From positions 690,699 through 754,698 of the forward strand of contig NIVC01000251.1 of NCBI GenBank assembly GCA_002269645.1: a DNA stretch of 64,000 nucleotides, in the 5' to 3' direction. Made by a program: the position numbers and the translations under genes. Position 1 is the stretch's first letter; each line of letters starts with the position of its first letter. Shown one piece after another: positions 1 to 48,345 of this stretch. The notes under the pieces were generated by a model. The model made no database searches. It was not told the DNA's origin and saw only the letters and a program-made list of their open reading frames with translations. This DNA is from Macrostomum lignano (taxonomy: Eukaryota).

Positions 1-598
1 CATTATTGAAAAAACTGCATTTCTACCAACTTCCACACCGTGTAAATTTATATCGTCAAACTTCTTGAGTTGAGTCACTGTGAGTCGCCTCCAGCTAGGC
101 ACAATATAGTAAAACGCCTTGGTATTGGCAGTGACAGTATAAACAGTTAAAATGGGCGGCCACCCAGATCAAGGAAGCTAACTGTGCTGTTATGTCCTGG
201 AGGCGCCACTGTCGCTTAAAATGTAGGAGTAGCCTGTCTCATAGTCCCGAACCCCAACCTCTGGGCAATAGCAGTTTGCTACAGAACCCTCCAGCCTTAA
301 ACAGCTGGAGTAGGAATTAATCCTGCACCCACACCCTCCACCCTTGCAAGTTTATTATTGGTTGTCAAGGCCAAGCAGTCACCGATGGCTGACCCTACCA
401 GAGACGCAATAAACGCCCTGTAGTGTCAGAGGCAGTTTACTGTCCACTATATCGCTAATCTGCTAAACTAAACTAGTAGTTGCTGCGAAGAAGAAAAGTC
501 AGCCTTTTTTACAGTCGAAGTTGCCTGTTAGAAGGTGTCTGTTGCTAAAGAGACAATATTTATACATTTTCATCTCGTGTTTGTACCATCTTTGGCAG

Positions 599-35275
<34,677 letters not shown>

Positions 35276-35922
35276 ACGCGCCAGCCTTTTTAACTCAACT
35301 GAACTGAACTTTACACACGCTAACTTTAAGTACGTCGTATTTTGAGTGAGACTCTTTCTTCCTTTCTTTACCTTTGGGAACACAGTCATACGCCATGAGA
35401 CTACTTTGTAGGGTTTCCTTTGACTCCTCCAGACATTGTTCGTTTTAAGTGAGTGTGCTTTCTTAGAAAAGCTTTCGTTGTGTGTTTGAACTTTTGTTAA
35501 AAGCTTCCCTTAAAAAGTCGACTGAATCTGAATGTATAAACATTACTTTTTCAAACTTTTGCGCCCCTAATATTGGTTATAAGCAGGCTTTCTGTGTCTT
35601 TTCGTGTAGTACTTCATTTATTTAACTGTTTTTTCTCATTTTAAACTGTTTGTGTCTAAGCCTTGGACAGCTGATGTACAAGGACGCTTATACTTTATTT
35701 TCTTACGGTCGATAAGGAACGTCGCATTGTAGTGAATTTAGCATGCTCTAGAGGACGCATATAGATCTGAATGGGAATTTTGCCATAGAAAAATTTAGTC
35801 TATGGCAAAAACATTCGGCGCAAGAAAAAATTGTTTTATCCCTCACTTGTCTATGCGATCGTTGACCATAATAGCGGTCCCGACCATAGACTATTGAGTC
35901 AGTTTATACAGACCTGTAATAG

Positions 35923-36344
35923 TATAGTATTTGTCATGCTATCTCAGCCTAGAGACATCCAAACTCAGCCAGCCCATCTCAACAGTGCGATTTTTTACGT
36001 AAGCCAGTCAAGTTTTACCATAGACATGCTTCTTAAGGCCATGCTATCTCAGCCTGGGACATGCAATCTCAGCCACTTTTCAGATTCTTACTGACTTTTC
36101 TTGCTGCGTTCATTCATTGCTGTTTGTTGCCATTTCATGTCACGTTACAGAAATGATAGCATTGAGATCTGTTTGCAATTGAAATCTATATTGGCTGAGA
36201 TTGCATGTCCCAGGCTGAGATAGCATGGCCTTAAGAAGCATGTCTATGGTAAAACTCGACTAGCTCGAGCCAAAAAACGCATTGCGGAATGGGGCTGGCT
36301 GAGTTTGGATGTCCCTAGGCTGAGATAGCATGACAAAAGCTATA
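35923..36344. mobile_element. MITE / long inverted repeat (~155-bp arms), TA ends
   Basis: Arm 35923-~36077 is the near-perfect reverse complement of ~36191-36344. Confidence 0.85.
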
Positions 36345-37454
36345 TAATATTACCCAGGCTTTAAGGGCGATAATGGGAAAGCCAGAGACAACTGCTGCCC
36401 CTATAGTCTATGGCCAAAAAGTCTGACTTAATCTTTCGAGCATTAGCTTAGTCCTCTCATGTCTGCTAAAGGCTTACCATCGCACTCTAGCCTACAAATC
36501 AGCAACAATACGAGTATGAGCTTGGAAGATGAAGCTAGCGACACTAGCTATGAAACGGCCCAGACAAGCAGGATGGCGGGCCGCAACCAAGAACGCGGAC
36601 AAAGATCAGTGATGAGAGATGCACAGCCTAGTCATCGAAGTCTTGGGACAGAGGTTGAGTGACCGATCGATATCGCAAAATGACGAAGATTAACACGATT
36701 TCAATTGCTTGCATTAATTTGCGACAGATAATAAGAAGGAAATCAAAACCCAAAGGAGGCAAACTAACCAAGTTAATGCTCCAAAGAAGCAGTCTTTGGA
36801 GCATTTTGTCTATGACTTTGCAGAATTTTATCTATCATTAACTTAAGACACCAAAGTTTGCAGCAATGCACCGTTCTACTGCGGATTACATTTCGAAACT
36901 ACTGACTATTCAATCTGTTGTGTTATTATTCGCTAATCTACTTTCTCTTTAACAGAATTTTTTCATCCCGCCTATTGTTCATCTTTGCCATATGGAAGCT
37001 GCGTTCTCTAAGCCTTAGTAACAGAGGGCAATGTCTGAGCACTTAGCTTATTTGATAACCATGAAAGCAATATTTTGAAGGCCCAATTTTGTTTTTTTCA
37101 AATGAATTAGTGAGATAGGAACTCGTCAGTTTTTTATTACTGAATTGTCCATGTCAAAGCTCCACTGGTATGTGTTTGACATTGATATGCGGGTTTATCT
37201 GCAAATTTGTCGAATTACTTTTTAATCGTTTGGAGACGAGACAAGTCAAAGTACTGTGTTTTCTAAACTGATTTTTTGCATCGCATTAATTTGAGTTTTT
37301 ATTTCCTCGTGTGTTGTGTTCTGCACTGCGCCGCATGACTCTGTGCATCTGTCTGTCAACCCCCACCCCCTCCACCCCTATTGTTTTGGTTTATTTTTGG
37401 TGTTTTGGTCCGCGGAAGGGCTGATTGGCTGGGCCGGACAGCTGGCTCAGTTTC

Positions 37455-37800
37455 TCTCTCCCCTCGCGTTGTGCTTGGCTGACGTGAGCTAGGGCCGGTC
37501 GGGAGGGGTTGTGGGTGATGGGGTGGTGGGCTTGCAGCCTTCTCCCCCTCGCGTTGTGATTGGCTGGCGTGGGCTAGGGCCGGTCGGGAGGGGTTGTGGG
37601 TGGTGGGGTGGTGGGCTTGCAGCCTTCTCCCCCTCGCGTTGTTCTTGGCTGGCGTGGGCTAGGGCTGGTCGGGAGGGGTTGTGGGTGGTGGGGTGGTGGG
37701 CTTGCAGCCTCCCCCCAGCGCGGTGTGCTTGGCTGGCGTGGGCTAGGGCCGGTCGGGAGGGGTTGTGGGTGACGAAGTGGTGGGCTTGCAGCCTTCTTCT
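37455..37800. repeat. 85-bp G-rich tandem repeat
   Basis: 4 copies of CCCTCGCGTTGTG.TTGGCTGGCGTGGGCTAGGGCCGGTCGGGAGGGGTTGTGGGTGGTGGGGTGGTGGGCTTGCAGCC. Confidence 0.92.
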
Positions 37801-39630
37801 TAGCTTTTATTTAGTCCATGCTTTTGTTTTGGCTTTCGACTTGCTGTCGGGTCGCTCTGATAGTCTGCTAGTGTGAAGACTTATCTATGCTTGTTTTGTG
37901 GGGCAAGATAAACAGCTTTAATAAAAAGAAAGTGGCCTCAAGAGGCTCGTGCCGGCCCATTCGTGCCGCCAGCTCCAGCCACCAAGGAAGTGAGTGCGCA
38001 CACTTCTTTATCTTCTTTCCTTTGGTTGCCAAAGGGGGCAGCTAAGGGTTTGTATGTCTTGACGCCGATTAAGTTTAGGCTTTCGTAGGCATGCATACCG
38101 TACGCTATAGGTCAGGTGTGCATTCAGGAATGGAACCTGCATACAGTCTTGGGAGACTTGGCCTTTAACTGAATTTCCATTAAACGCCAGAGGTATGTCC
38201 TGATACAGCCTTCAATTTTTTATTGTCCTTTTGCTCCTCCAATGAATCCTTTGCTTAAACAAAAAGAAATGTTGTTTTTTTTGAACATTTTTTTACTGAA
38301 ACAATTGACACGTTTTACAAATTGTCTCACTTGACAATGATGATAACAGTGCTTCTGTGAAGCGTAATTAGGAAATCTCAAGCAGACTTACTTTCCTGGT
38401 GACCTTTCCTGTTTTATAGCCGATGAACGAGCGCGTGGACGCAAGAACTTTGACATTACAAGCAAAAATGATTAATATTGACTGGCGTGACGGTGGAGCA
38501 TGATAGAATGAAATCAATTATCAGATTATAATTGAATTAATCTGTCTTACAGACGGAACAAGGAGCTGCATACGGATTCATGCGACCTCGAAAACTTTGC
38601 TGAAGGCCAAGAAATGACTGAATAAAACACGGCCCTAAAAAATTTCTAAGACAGACTTTGCAAAGATTTTCTGTTTTGCACAGCGCCAACTGAGGCTTTG
38701 ACAATTAAAGTGTGTCCTGATCAAGAACGAAAATTATTCAAAGTTATTGAATCCCTTTGACCGTTCATTCGTGAGTCCGTCGCTCTAACTACTAAACTAC
38801 GGCCCTCTCATAGTTTCATATCATAAAATTTTGAGTAGCTATACAGCTCGGACAGACACACTTTTTGCATTTGGAACTCGGAGATCAGAAGGTGAGAGAT
38901 TGTCAGATTGAGAATTCTGCTGAGCAAGAACTGTAAAAAATAGAATCTTTCTATCTCCCTAATGCATTTTTGCAGCGGAAACTGACCTCTAGCAGTATAG
39001 CGGCGTCCTTCTGGTTGAGTTGTCCATGCTTGTAGATTAATGCAATATCGGAAATTGCGAATATTTGTGTAAATCTGGACGAGACGCTGAGCTCTAGGGC
39101 CTCCGGATATCAGAGAAACAGTTTACTTAGTCAGAGTATGGAGAAAAATGTTTAATGCGGCTTTTTATCCATCTTAATCCAGCAATAGGAGTATTAGGCT
39201 CTCTTAGCTGGGCCGTTTTTATCACAGCTTAAATCAAGTCTTATCATATAAATAGGCATTTTAAGCGTGTGATATAGCAAGATTTTCGCCTATACTATCG
39301 GGTAATATATTGCAATAGCTGATGGGGCAGCATCTGATTTTCCTGAGGTTCCTGCAGATTAACGATCAAGATGAGGATCTGCTTGTTATTATAGCTACTG
39401 AACTTAGAGCCCAGGAAAATTTGTCGTCCCGAAAACCCCGAGCAATAAGTGTGAAGCAAGTGTAAGGAATCTTTCTATTGGTTAGTAGGGCCACTACGAT
39501 TTCCTATTGGATGCTGGAGCGTTGGTTATTTCTACTATACAGCTGGCTAGTATATATGTGAGTGCAATCTGACGCTATCTTATCAAACTTACGGATTGAA
39601 TACATAATTTGCAAGGATTCGTGCTAAATC

Positions 39631-41337
39631 ATGTCCTCAAGCGTTGATCCAGCTAATGACGACGAAAAGTACAGAGAGTTCGCCGAGATGTCGCAGTACA
39701 TCACAGCTCTGGTGCTGTACCCGATCGTGTCACTTGTCGGCATGGCTGGCAGCGTGCTGTGCATCGTGGTGCTCAGCCAGCGTCAGATGCTAACCAGCAC
39801 CAATGCCTACCTAATAGCCCTGGCCGTTGCCGATCTAATGAAGCTGGCCAACGATTTCTTGTACTTTCCAGCAACGCTGCTCCAAATGAACGCGTCCCGT
39901 CGAGGAGGTGCCGTGTTTGCTCACCTGTATCCGTACGCGTTCTTTCTGTCGCAGTACACCAGCGGATGCGCGGCCTGGCTCACTGTGGTGGTCGCCGGAG
40001 AGCGTTTCCTAATGGTGACGCACCCGAACTGGAGCCGGTACACCTTGACTGTGCGCAAGTCTCGAATTGTGTCAGCGATCACCTTCTCGGCTGTCCTGTT
40101 GGTCACCTGGCCCTACCTGTTGCGCTACGAAACGGTGTGCGATGCGTCCGACAACAATTCGACGAATAGTCTAGACGGCGGCAACAATGACCCGGCGAAT
40201 TTGACCGAGTGCACTTGGAAACCAGTGCCAAGCCGTCTCTGGTCTAGCAGCGCTCTGGCCAGCTACTCCAAGTACTATGTGCAATGCCAGAGCTGCTTAA
40301 AGTCCCTGGTGCCGCTGATCATTCTGATTGTGCTGAACATTCGAATCGTCATGGCTGTTCGAGAAACTCGCGCCAACAAAAAGTTGGCATCGAGGAATCG
40401 AGTCACTGTCATGCTGGTGGTGGTGATCCTGTGCTACATCGGCTTCACCATGCCGGACTCGGCATTGTCCGCTTTAGGCTGGGGCTACACCGAAGTCACC
40501 TCCAATTTTCGGCGGGGAGTTCGCGAGATTAGCGACCTCCTTCTGGCCGTTAACTCCTCCGTCAACTTCTTTCTGTACGTAGTTTTCAACAAGGTGTTCC
40601 GGCAGAATCTGCTGGCTCTGTGCTGCAGGTCGGCTGCGGGCCCAGTGGAGGGGCGGCAGCAGACAGCCGGGCTGGGCTGTCAGGGCGATGGCTGCAGCCG
40701 GGCAGCGGCAGTGGCAAAGCACAACCTCCAGAAGCAGACCCGGGATACGACCGCTTGCGGTTCGTCGGCCACGAGCTGCGCTAAGAATGGGCAGAGGCAC
40801 GGCTGCGACAAGCGCCAGCAGCAGCGTTTGAACCGACCGGCTGGAGGGGGCAGCGAGTGCATCGCTGTGTCTGGCACCACCGGCGGGACAGCACTCGCCG
40901 AAGAGTGCGCAGCGGCGAAGACAAACCGAGTTCCGAATTCTGGCGTCACCAAACCCGACAACGATTTCGAGTTGGACAACGAGCTGAGTCCGCAGAGTTG
41001 GAACTTCCGTCGGCACAGTCACTGCCACGCCAAAAGCTTGGAGATTCATCCCGAGTATCAGCGGCTTCGTCCGACAGGCAGCAACCGGCGCCGCTGCGGC
41101 TCGCATCAGCAGTTCAGTCAGCAGGGCAAGCAGCTGCTCCATCATCAAGATCCCGGGATCGCCCGACAAAAAGAAACAGCTGATGCAGCTGACCTGAACC
41201 TCAGCAGGAGAACTGCTAAACGCCAAGTTGAAGTTGTTGTGACACTGGTTGTTCATCATCACGAATACGCGGCTCCAACTGAATGCGATGAACAAGAGGA
41301 GAGAGTGGCCAATGCCCCGCAAGTTAGCGATCTGTGA
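39631..41337 (+). CDS. Intronless class A (rhodopsin-like) GPCR, neuropeptide/FMRFamide-receptor-like, 568 aa with a long C-terminal tail
   Basis: Seven hydrophobic segments; TNAYLIALAVADL (TM2), LYPY...AWLTVVVAGERFLMVTHP (TM3, DRY-like ERF), NSSVNFFLY (TM7); these motifs are typical of invertebrate peptide receptors. Confidence 0.92.
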   Translation: MSSSVDPANDDEKYREFAEMSQYITALVLYPIVSLVGMAGSVLCIVVLSQRQMLTSTNAYLIALAVADLMKLANDFLYFPATLLQMNASRRGGAVFAHLYPYAFFLSQYTSGCAAWLTVVVAGERFLMVTHPNWSRYTLTVRKSRIVSAITFSAVLLVTWPYLLRYETVCDASDNNSTNSLDGGNNDPANLTECTWKPVPSRLWSSSALASYSKYYVQCQSCLKSLVPLIILIVLNIRIVMAVRETRANKKLASRNRVTVMLVVVILCYIGFTMPDSALSALGWGYTEVTSNFRRGVREISDLLLAVNSSVNFFLYVVFNKVFRQNLLALCCRSAAGPVEGRQQTAGLGCQGDGCSRAAAVAKHNLQKQTRDTTACGSSATSCAKNGQRHGCDKRQQQRLNRPAGGGSECIAVSGTTGGTALAEECAAAKTNRVPNSGVTKPDNDFELDNELSPQSWNFRRHSHCHAKSLEIHPEYQRLRPTGSNRRRCGSHQQFSQQGKQLLHHQDPGIARQKETADAADLNLSRRTAKRQVEVVVTLVVHHHEYAAPTECDEQEERVANAPQVSDL

Positions 41338-41929
41338 CTCAGAATTGTAACAAAAGTATCATAAAATACTGCCCAAATGTTGAACGCTCTATTACGAGTT
41401 ACAGGCTCATGGAAAGCTTTAAAAATGTTTATAAAATTTTCTGTAAAAAGTTTTTAGCAAAAGATGTGTCGTGACTTTTTTGAGGTTTTACAGCGTTACA
41501 TGTGAGCCCTGCACGCTCCTTAGTAGTCTCACCTGCAAAAGTAGCGATTGTTGTGTCTTGCGAGAGCTTGGTAGACAGGCCTGACCCCGATAGTCAAGAC
41601 TTCTATTCTGTCAAATTCTTACTTGTCAACTGATTTAAATAACTGTAATTTGTTTCTGAAATTGTTCCTTGGGAATACAAAATTGATTTGCTTGATTAAA
41701 CAGAAATTCTGAAATAAATCTGTAAATGGACCTCATTTATTGTTATTAAAAGCAATTTTCAGCTATAGTCAGTCACTCTGTTATTTTAACCTCCTGAGTC
41801 AATAAATGCGGTCGCGCTGACAAATGATAACAGCCAAAATCAACAGTGCTCGTTATCACAAAGCACCTTTTCTTAGACGATGATGCTGCAAGCCTCTTCT
41901 TAGACGATAAACTTCCGTTTCCATTCCAT

Positions 41930-42100
41930 GGGTGCTGGCGCCCCTTGGTGCTGGCGCCCCTTGGTGCTGGCGCCCCTTGGTGCTGGCGCCCCTTGGTGCT
42001 GGCGCCCCTTGGTGCTGGCGCCCCTTGGTGCTGGCGCCCCTTGGTGCTGGCGCCCCTTGGTGCTGGCGCCCCTTGGTGCTGGCGCCCCTTGGTGCTGGCG
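41930..42100. repeat. 16-bp minisatellite GGTGCTGGCGCCCCTT
   Basis: About 10 perfect copies. Confidence 0.96.
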
Positions 42101-42714
42101 CGCTTTAATCCACGCTACTGCAAGAACTGCGACTGTAACACACTGCACTAAAGTGAGTACAACATACAAAATACAATTGCCTATTCACGCTTATTTAGCA
42201 GTTTGCTAATTTAAGAATCTTCCAAAGTCAGTCAGTTTCCTCAGTCATCGACATTCACTTGCCGTGTCACTATGGATTATGTTTCCAGCGCACACGTTTG
42301 AGTAGCCGGAAATAAGAAACTCGAACCTGTCAGGCAGCCTCTTCCTGCATTTCACAGAGCACGATTCGCTTCAATTTCAACTTACAAGACGGACATTGTC
42401 ACGCGATATCTTCTACGAAACTATGGCCAGAAAAATCGTTGCAAAAGAAATGCGTTTAAAACAAAATTTGAATAGTTTTTTTGACCTCCTGATGGCATGA
42501 TGCGCGTTCGAAAAATGTGCGTAGGCGATTGGCACGAATCGAAGTCTCGAAAATTTTTCTAATTATTTTTGTGATTGGCTTTTACGTTTAATTATCACTG
42601 GTACATACACAAGCCATAAAGATTGCCTTCTAAAGGTACCAATGGATTTTACGGAATGATTTTCAATAGAATTGCAGACAGAAACATGTAAGAGTGTAGC
42701 GAGAGTTTTTTTTA

Positions 42715-43370
42715 AAAGGCGTGCCATTTCATTTGAGGGGGCGCCATTTAGGTGGAGGGGCGCGATTTCATTCGAGGGGGCGCCATTTCATTTGTGAGGG
42801 GCGCCATTTCATTTGAGGGGGCGCCATTTCATTTAAGGGGCACCATTTCAGTGGAGGGGCGCGATTTTATTCGAGGGGGCGCCATTTCATTTGTGAGGGG
42901 CGCCATTTCATTTGAGAGGGGCGCCATTACATTTGAAAGGGGCGCTATTTTGTTTGGAGAGGCGCCACTTCATTGGGGGGTGCCATTTCATTGGGGGGGT
43001 GCCATTTCATTGGGGGTGCCATTTCATTGGGGGGTGCCATTTCATTGGGGGGTGCCATTTCATTGGGGGTGCCATTTCATTGGGGGTGCCATTTCATTGG
43101 GGGGTGCCATTTCATTGAAGGGGGCGCCATTTCATTGGGGAAGAGTGCCATTTCATTGGGGGGGCGCCATTTCATTGGGGGGGCGCCATTTCATTGGGGG
43201 GGCGCCATTTCATTGGGGGGGTGCCACTTCATTGGGGGGGGCGCCATTTCATTGGGGGGGCGCCATTTCATTGGGGGGGTGCCACTTCATTGGGGGGGCG
43301 CCATTTCATTGGGGGAGTGCCATTTCATTGGGGGGGGCGCCATTTCATTGGGGGGGGGTGCCATTTCACT
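42715..43370. repeat. ~19-21-bp minisatellite GGCGCCATTTCATTGGGGG
   Basis: Tandem array. Confidence 0.93.
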
Positions 43371-43874
43371 TAAATCTTAAAAGTCATCCTAAAGGATCGC
43401 CCCTTCCAATGTCTTGGTATAGGCTACCAAGCAATTGAAATAAAAGCTTCCATTAAGTTAATTAGTCACTCGTGAAAAAACCTTTTTTTGCGTTTTTGCA
43501 TCAGTGCTGGATGGAATAGCAAAATGTATTTCAGATTAATTCTTCAAGAATCATAATTTCAAGCGTTCGACAAAGACGTCACACACTGGCAAACCTGGAA
43601 TCTCGACCGTACCCTCTACAGATTTTTAATTAGGCAGACCTGTAATATATCAACAGAAACTTTTTCCTTTTTCATTTCACTAACTAAGGGGCGAAAACTT
43701 TGCCAGGATTTCTTCGCGAAAATCAATTTAATTTAGATAAATCATTGAAATGGATTTCTTTTTATAATTATCAAAAATTTATTACCCACTTATTGTTTTG
43801 ATTTGTTCTACAATAACATTTTACTTCGGCTAGACTTAACATCAATCATAATTTTTATGACTAAAGTAGATGAA

Positions 43875-45575
43875 CCACAGCGAACCACAGTCACTGAAGG
43901 TCATAGACAGTCACTGATGGTCATACACAGTCACTGAAGGTCATACACAGTCACTGAAGATCATATACAGTCACAGAAGATCATATACAGTCACAGAAGA
44001 TCATATACAGTCACCGGAGATCATACACAGTCACCGGAGATCATATACAGTCACAGAAGATCATACACAGTCACAGAAGATCATACACAGTCACCGGAGA
44101 TCATACACAGTCACCGGAGATCATACACAGTCACAGAAGATCATACACAGTCACCGGAGATCATACACAGTCACAGAAGATCATACACAGTCACCGGAGA
44201 TCATATACAGTCACAGAAGATCATATACAGTCACAGAAGATCATATACAGTCACAGAAGATCATACACAGTCACCGGAGATCATACACAGTCACAGAAGA
44301 TCATACACAGTCACAGAAGATCATACACAGTCACCGGAGATCATACACAGTCACAGAAGATCATATACAGTCACAGAAGATCATACACAGTCACCGGAGA
44401 TCATATACAGTCACAGAAGATCATATACAGTCACAGAAGATCATACACAGTCACCGGAGATCATATACAGTCACAGAAGATCATACACAGTCACCGGAGA
44501 TCATACACAGTCATTGAAGATCATACACAGTCACTGAAGATCATACACAGTCACTGAAGATCATATACAGTCACAGAAGATCATATACAGTCACAGAAGA
44601 TCATACACAGTCACCGGAGATCATACACAGTCATTGAAGATCATACACAGTCACTGAAGATCATACACAGTCACTGAAGGTCATACACAGTCACCGGAGA
44701 TCATACACAGTCACCGGAGATCATACACAGTCATTGAAGATCATACACAGTCACTGAAGATCATACACAGTCACTGAAGATCATATACAGTCACAGAAGA
44801 TCATATACAGTCACAGAAGATCATACACAGTCACCGGAGATCATACACAGTCATTGAAGATCATACACAGTCACTGAAGATCATACACAGTCACTGAAGG
44901 TCATACACAGTCACCGGAGATCATACACAGTCACCGGAGATCATACACACTCACTGAAGATCATACACAGTCACAGAAGATCATACACAGTCACCGGAGA
45001 TCATATACAGTCACAGAAGATCATATACAGTCACAGAAGATCATATACAGTCACAGAAGATCATACACAGTCACCGGAGATCATACACAGTCACAGAAGA
45101 TCATACACAGTCACAGAAGATCATACACAGTCACCGGAGATCATACACAGTCACAGAAGATCATATACAGTCACAGAAGATCATACACAGTCACCGGAGA
45201 TCATATACAGTCACAGAAGATCATATACAGTCACAGAAGATCATACACAGTCACCGGAGATCATATACAGTCACAGAAGATCATACACAGTCACCGGAGA
45301 TCATACACAGTCATTGAAGATCATACACAGTCACTGAAGATCATACACAGTCACTGAAGATCATATACAGTCACAGAAGATCATATACAGTCACAGAAGA
45401 TCATACACAGTCACCGGAGATCATACACAGTCATTGAAGATCATACACAGTCACTGAAGATCATACACAGTCACTGAAGGTCATACACAGTCACCGGAGA
45501 TCATACACAGTCACCGGAGATCATACACACTCACTGAAGATCATACACAGTCACTGAAGATCATACAGTCACTGA
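43875..45575. repeat. 20-bp minisatellite TCATACACAGTCACCGGAGA (and variants) with higher-order structure
   Basis: About 85 copies. Confidence 0.97.
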
Positions 45576-45939
45576 TGGAAAATATAAACAGTCCCTAAAG
45601 GTTATACAGAGTATCTGATAATGATGAACTTACGTCATAGAAGATTGCATGTACGTCATTGAATGTCATGCAACTGCAAGATGATAGAATGATTCAAGAG
45701 GCAACAGAGGGCAGTACACAGTTTGGAGCAAAAATTATCAAGCAATTTGTGCTTTCTGACAGTAATTCGGCTTCTCAATGCCTATTGCGTGTCAGCATGC
45801 GGTTACCTAAGAAGATGAAGATTAGAATTTTTTATACGTAATTTTTTATAGAATGCAAGACTGACATGGAGTACTGAATAGAGAATTCTTGTGAAATAAA
45901 GATCTCGACCTCGTAATAGTGTTAAATTGTATTTACTCT

Positions 45940-46537
<598 letters not shown>

Positions 46538-47182
46538 CTCGCATAATACAATTGTTTTGATAAAACTGACGACACAAAAATGTCAATAGATCCAATCATT
46601 CAATCAGAACCAATGCACTATGGGGCGCCCCATTTATATCTATACATTATATCTAAGTCAGAAAAACACGCAGCTTTGAAGTGCCGCCAAAAACAGCAGC
46701 TACCTCCTATTTGAATACGCAATCGTCAAGCCCTCCCACATTGTCTGCATAAAAGGATGTTTCATTTAGGAATTTACTAAAGGTACAATTAATCCTCAAT
46801 ACTGTATTGAGCTGTGTCTGCATAAATTAATCATTAGACTTTTGAACTCCATTGAGTTAGCTCGTAAGGTTGAGCAAACTCACCGGCGTGAAAGATCAAT
46901 GTCGATTTTTTAAACGTGTGCAGCTAAATTACCGGTACTAATGGGCTTCGCTTCTTCCTTTTAACTTTTTACGAGTTCTGCCGACCAGGCTGTCCACGCA
47001 ATGAAACCAGAGTGTACTTTTAGCAGTTTTTTTTCAGAATTTTCTTAACTAAACCTGTCAAAAATAGTGGCTCACGGTTAATGAGTTCTATTGATCTATT
47101 GAATCGATGTCAAGAATTTAAACTTAGAACTTTTGTTTTAGCCAAACCCTAATTTTTAAACTCAATTTAATAAAATAAAAAT

Positions 47183-47470
47183 AGCGCTATTTCATTTGAG
47201 GGGCGCCATTTCGTTTGAGGGGCGCCATTTCATTTGAGGGGCGCCATTTCATTTTAAGGATGCCATTTCATTAAAGGTGGCGCTATTTCAGTGGAGGGGC
47301 GCCATTTCATTTGAGGGGGCGCCATTTTATTTGAGGGGCGCTATTTTATTTGAGGGCGCCATTTGATTTGAGGGGCGCCATTCGTTTGAGGGGCGCCATT
47401 TCATTTGAGGGGCGCCATTTCATTTTAAGGGTGCCATTTTATTAGAGGGAGCGCCATTTCATTTGAGAGG
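47183..47470. repeat. GAGGGGCGCCATTTCATTT minisatellite (related to the 42.7-kb array)
   Basis: Tandem array. Confidence 0.9.
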
Positions 47471-47754
47471 GTCATGGACAACTTAATTAGGCGGATTGGA
47501 AAATTCGTTTTATCGAAAAAAAACTCTTCAGACGTAGCAATTTTAATTTTTAACGAAAAATTGGGGATTTAATTATCATCTGAATTTGAAGATAATGACG
47601 ATATTGTCTTTATTAGTGACCTTTAGATTGGAAATAATAGTGCATTTCTTGCGAAATTTCTGCAACCTTATACTGGAAGAGATCGATGTAAAAATAGACA
47701 ATCAATGCCAATCAAAATGGAATTTCTCTTTCAGTTTACCCAACGAAATTCTGA

Positions 47755-48345
47755 GAAGTGGAGAGGGAAGGAGAAAAGAGGAGAGGAGAAGAGAAGAGAT
47801 GAGAGGAGAGGAGATGAGAGGAGATGAGAGGAGAGGAGAGGAGATAAGAGGAGAGGATAGGAAAGGAGAGGAGATGAGAAGAGAGGAGATGAGAGGATAG
47901 GAGAGAAGCGGAGAGGAGAGGAGAGGACAGGAGATAAGATGACAGGAGATGAGAAGAGAGGAGATAAGAGGAGAGGATAGGAAAGGAGAGATGAGATGAG
48001 ATGAGAGGAGAGGAGAGGAGAGGAAAGGAGAGGAGATGAGAGGAGAGGAAAGGAGAGGAGAGGAGAGGAAAGTAGAGATGAGATGAGAGGAGAGGAAAGG
48101 AGAGGAGATGAGAGGACAGGAGATGAGAGGAGAGGAGAGGAAAGGAGAGATGAGATGAGAAGAGAGGAGAGGACAGGAGATGAGATGAGAGGAGAGGAAA
48201 GGAGATGAGATGAGAGGAGAGGAGAGGACTGGAGATGAGAGGAGAGGAGAGGACTGGAGATGAGATGAGAGGAGAGGATAGGATAGGAGAGAAGAGGAGA
48301 GGAGAGAAAAGGAGAGGAGAGGAGAGGATAGGAGAGGAGAGTGAG
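47755..48345. repeat. (GAGAG/GAGAT)n purine tract
   Basis: Low-complexity pentamer array. Confidence 0.92.

Noticed and set aside
150-480. Possible LINE/SINE 3' fragment sharing TGTCGCTTAAA and a CTAAA-type tail with the SINE
   Set aside because: Only an 11-nt match and no coding remnant; cannot be supported without a database search.
40474-41322. 282-aa antisense ORF overlapping the GPCR
   Set aside because: No recognisable motifs; explained by GC-rich codon usage of the sense gene.
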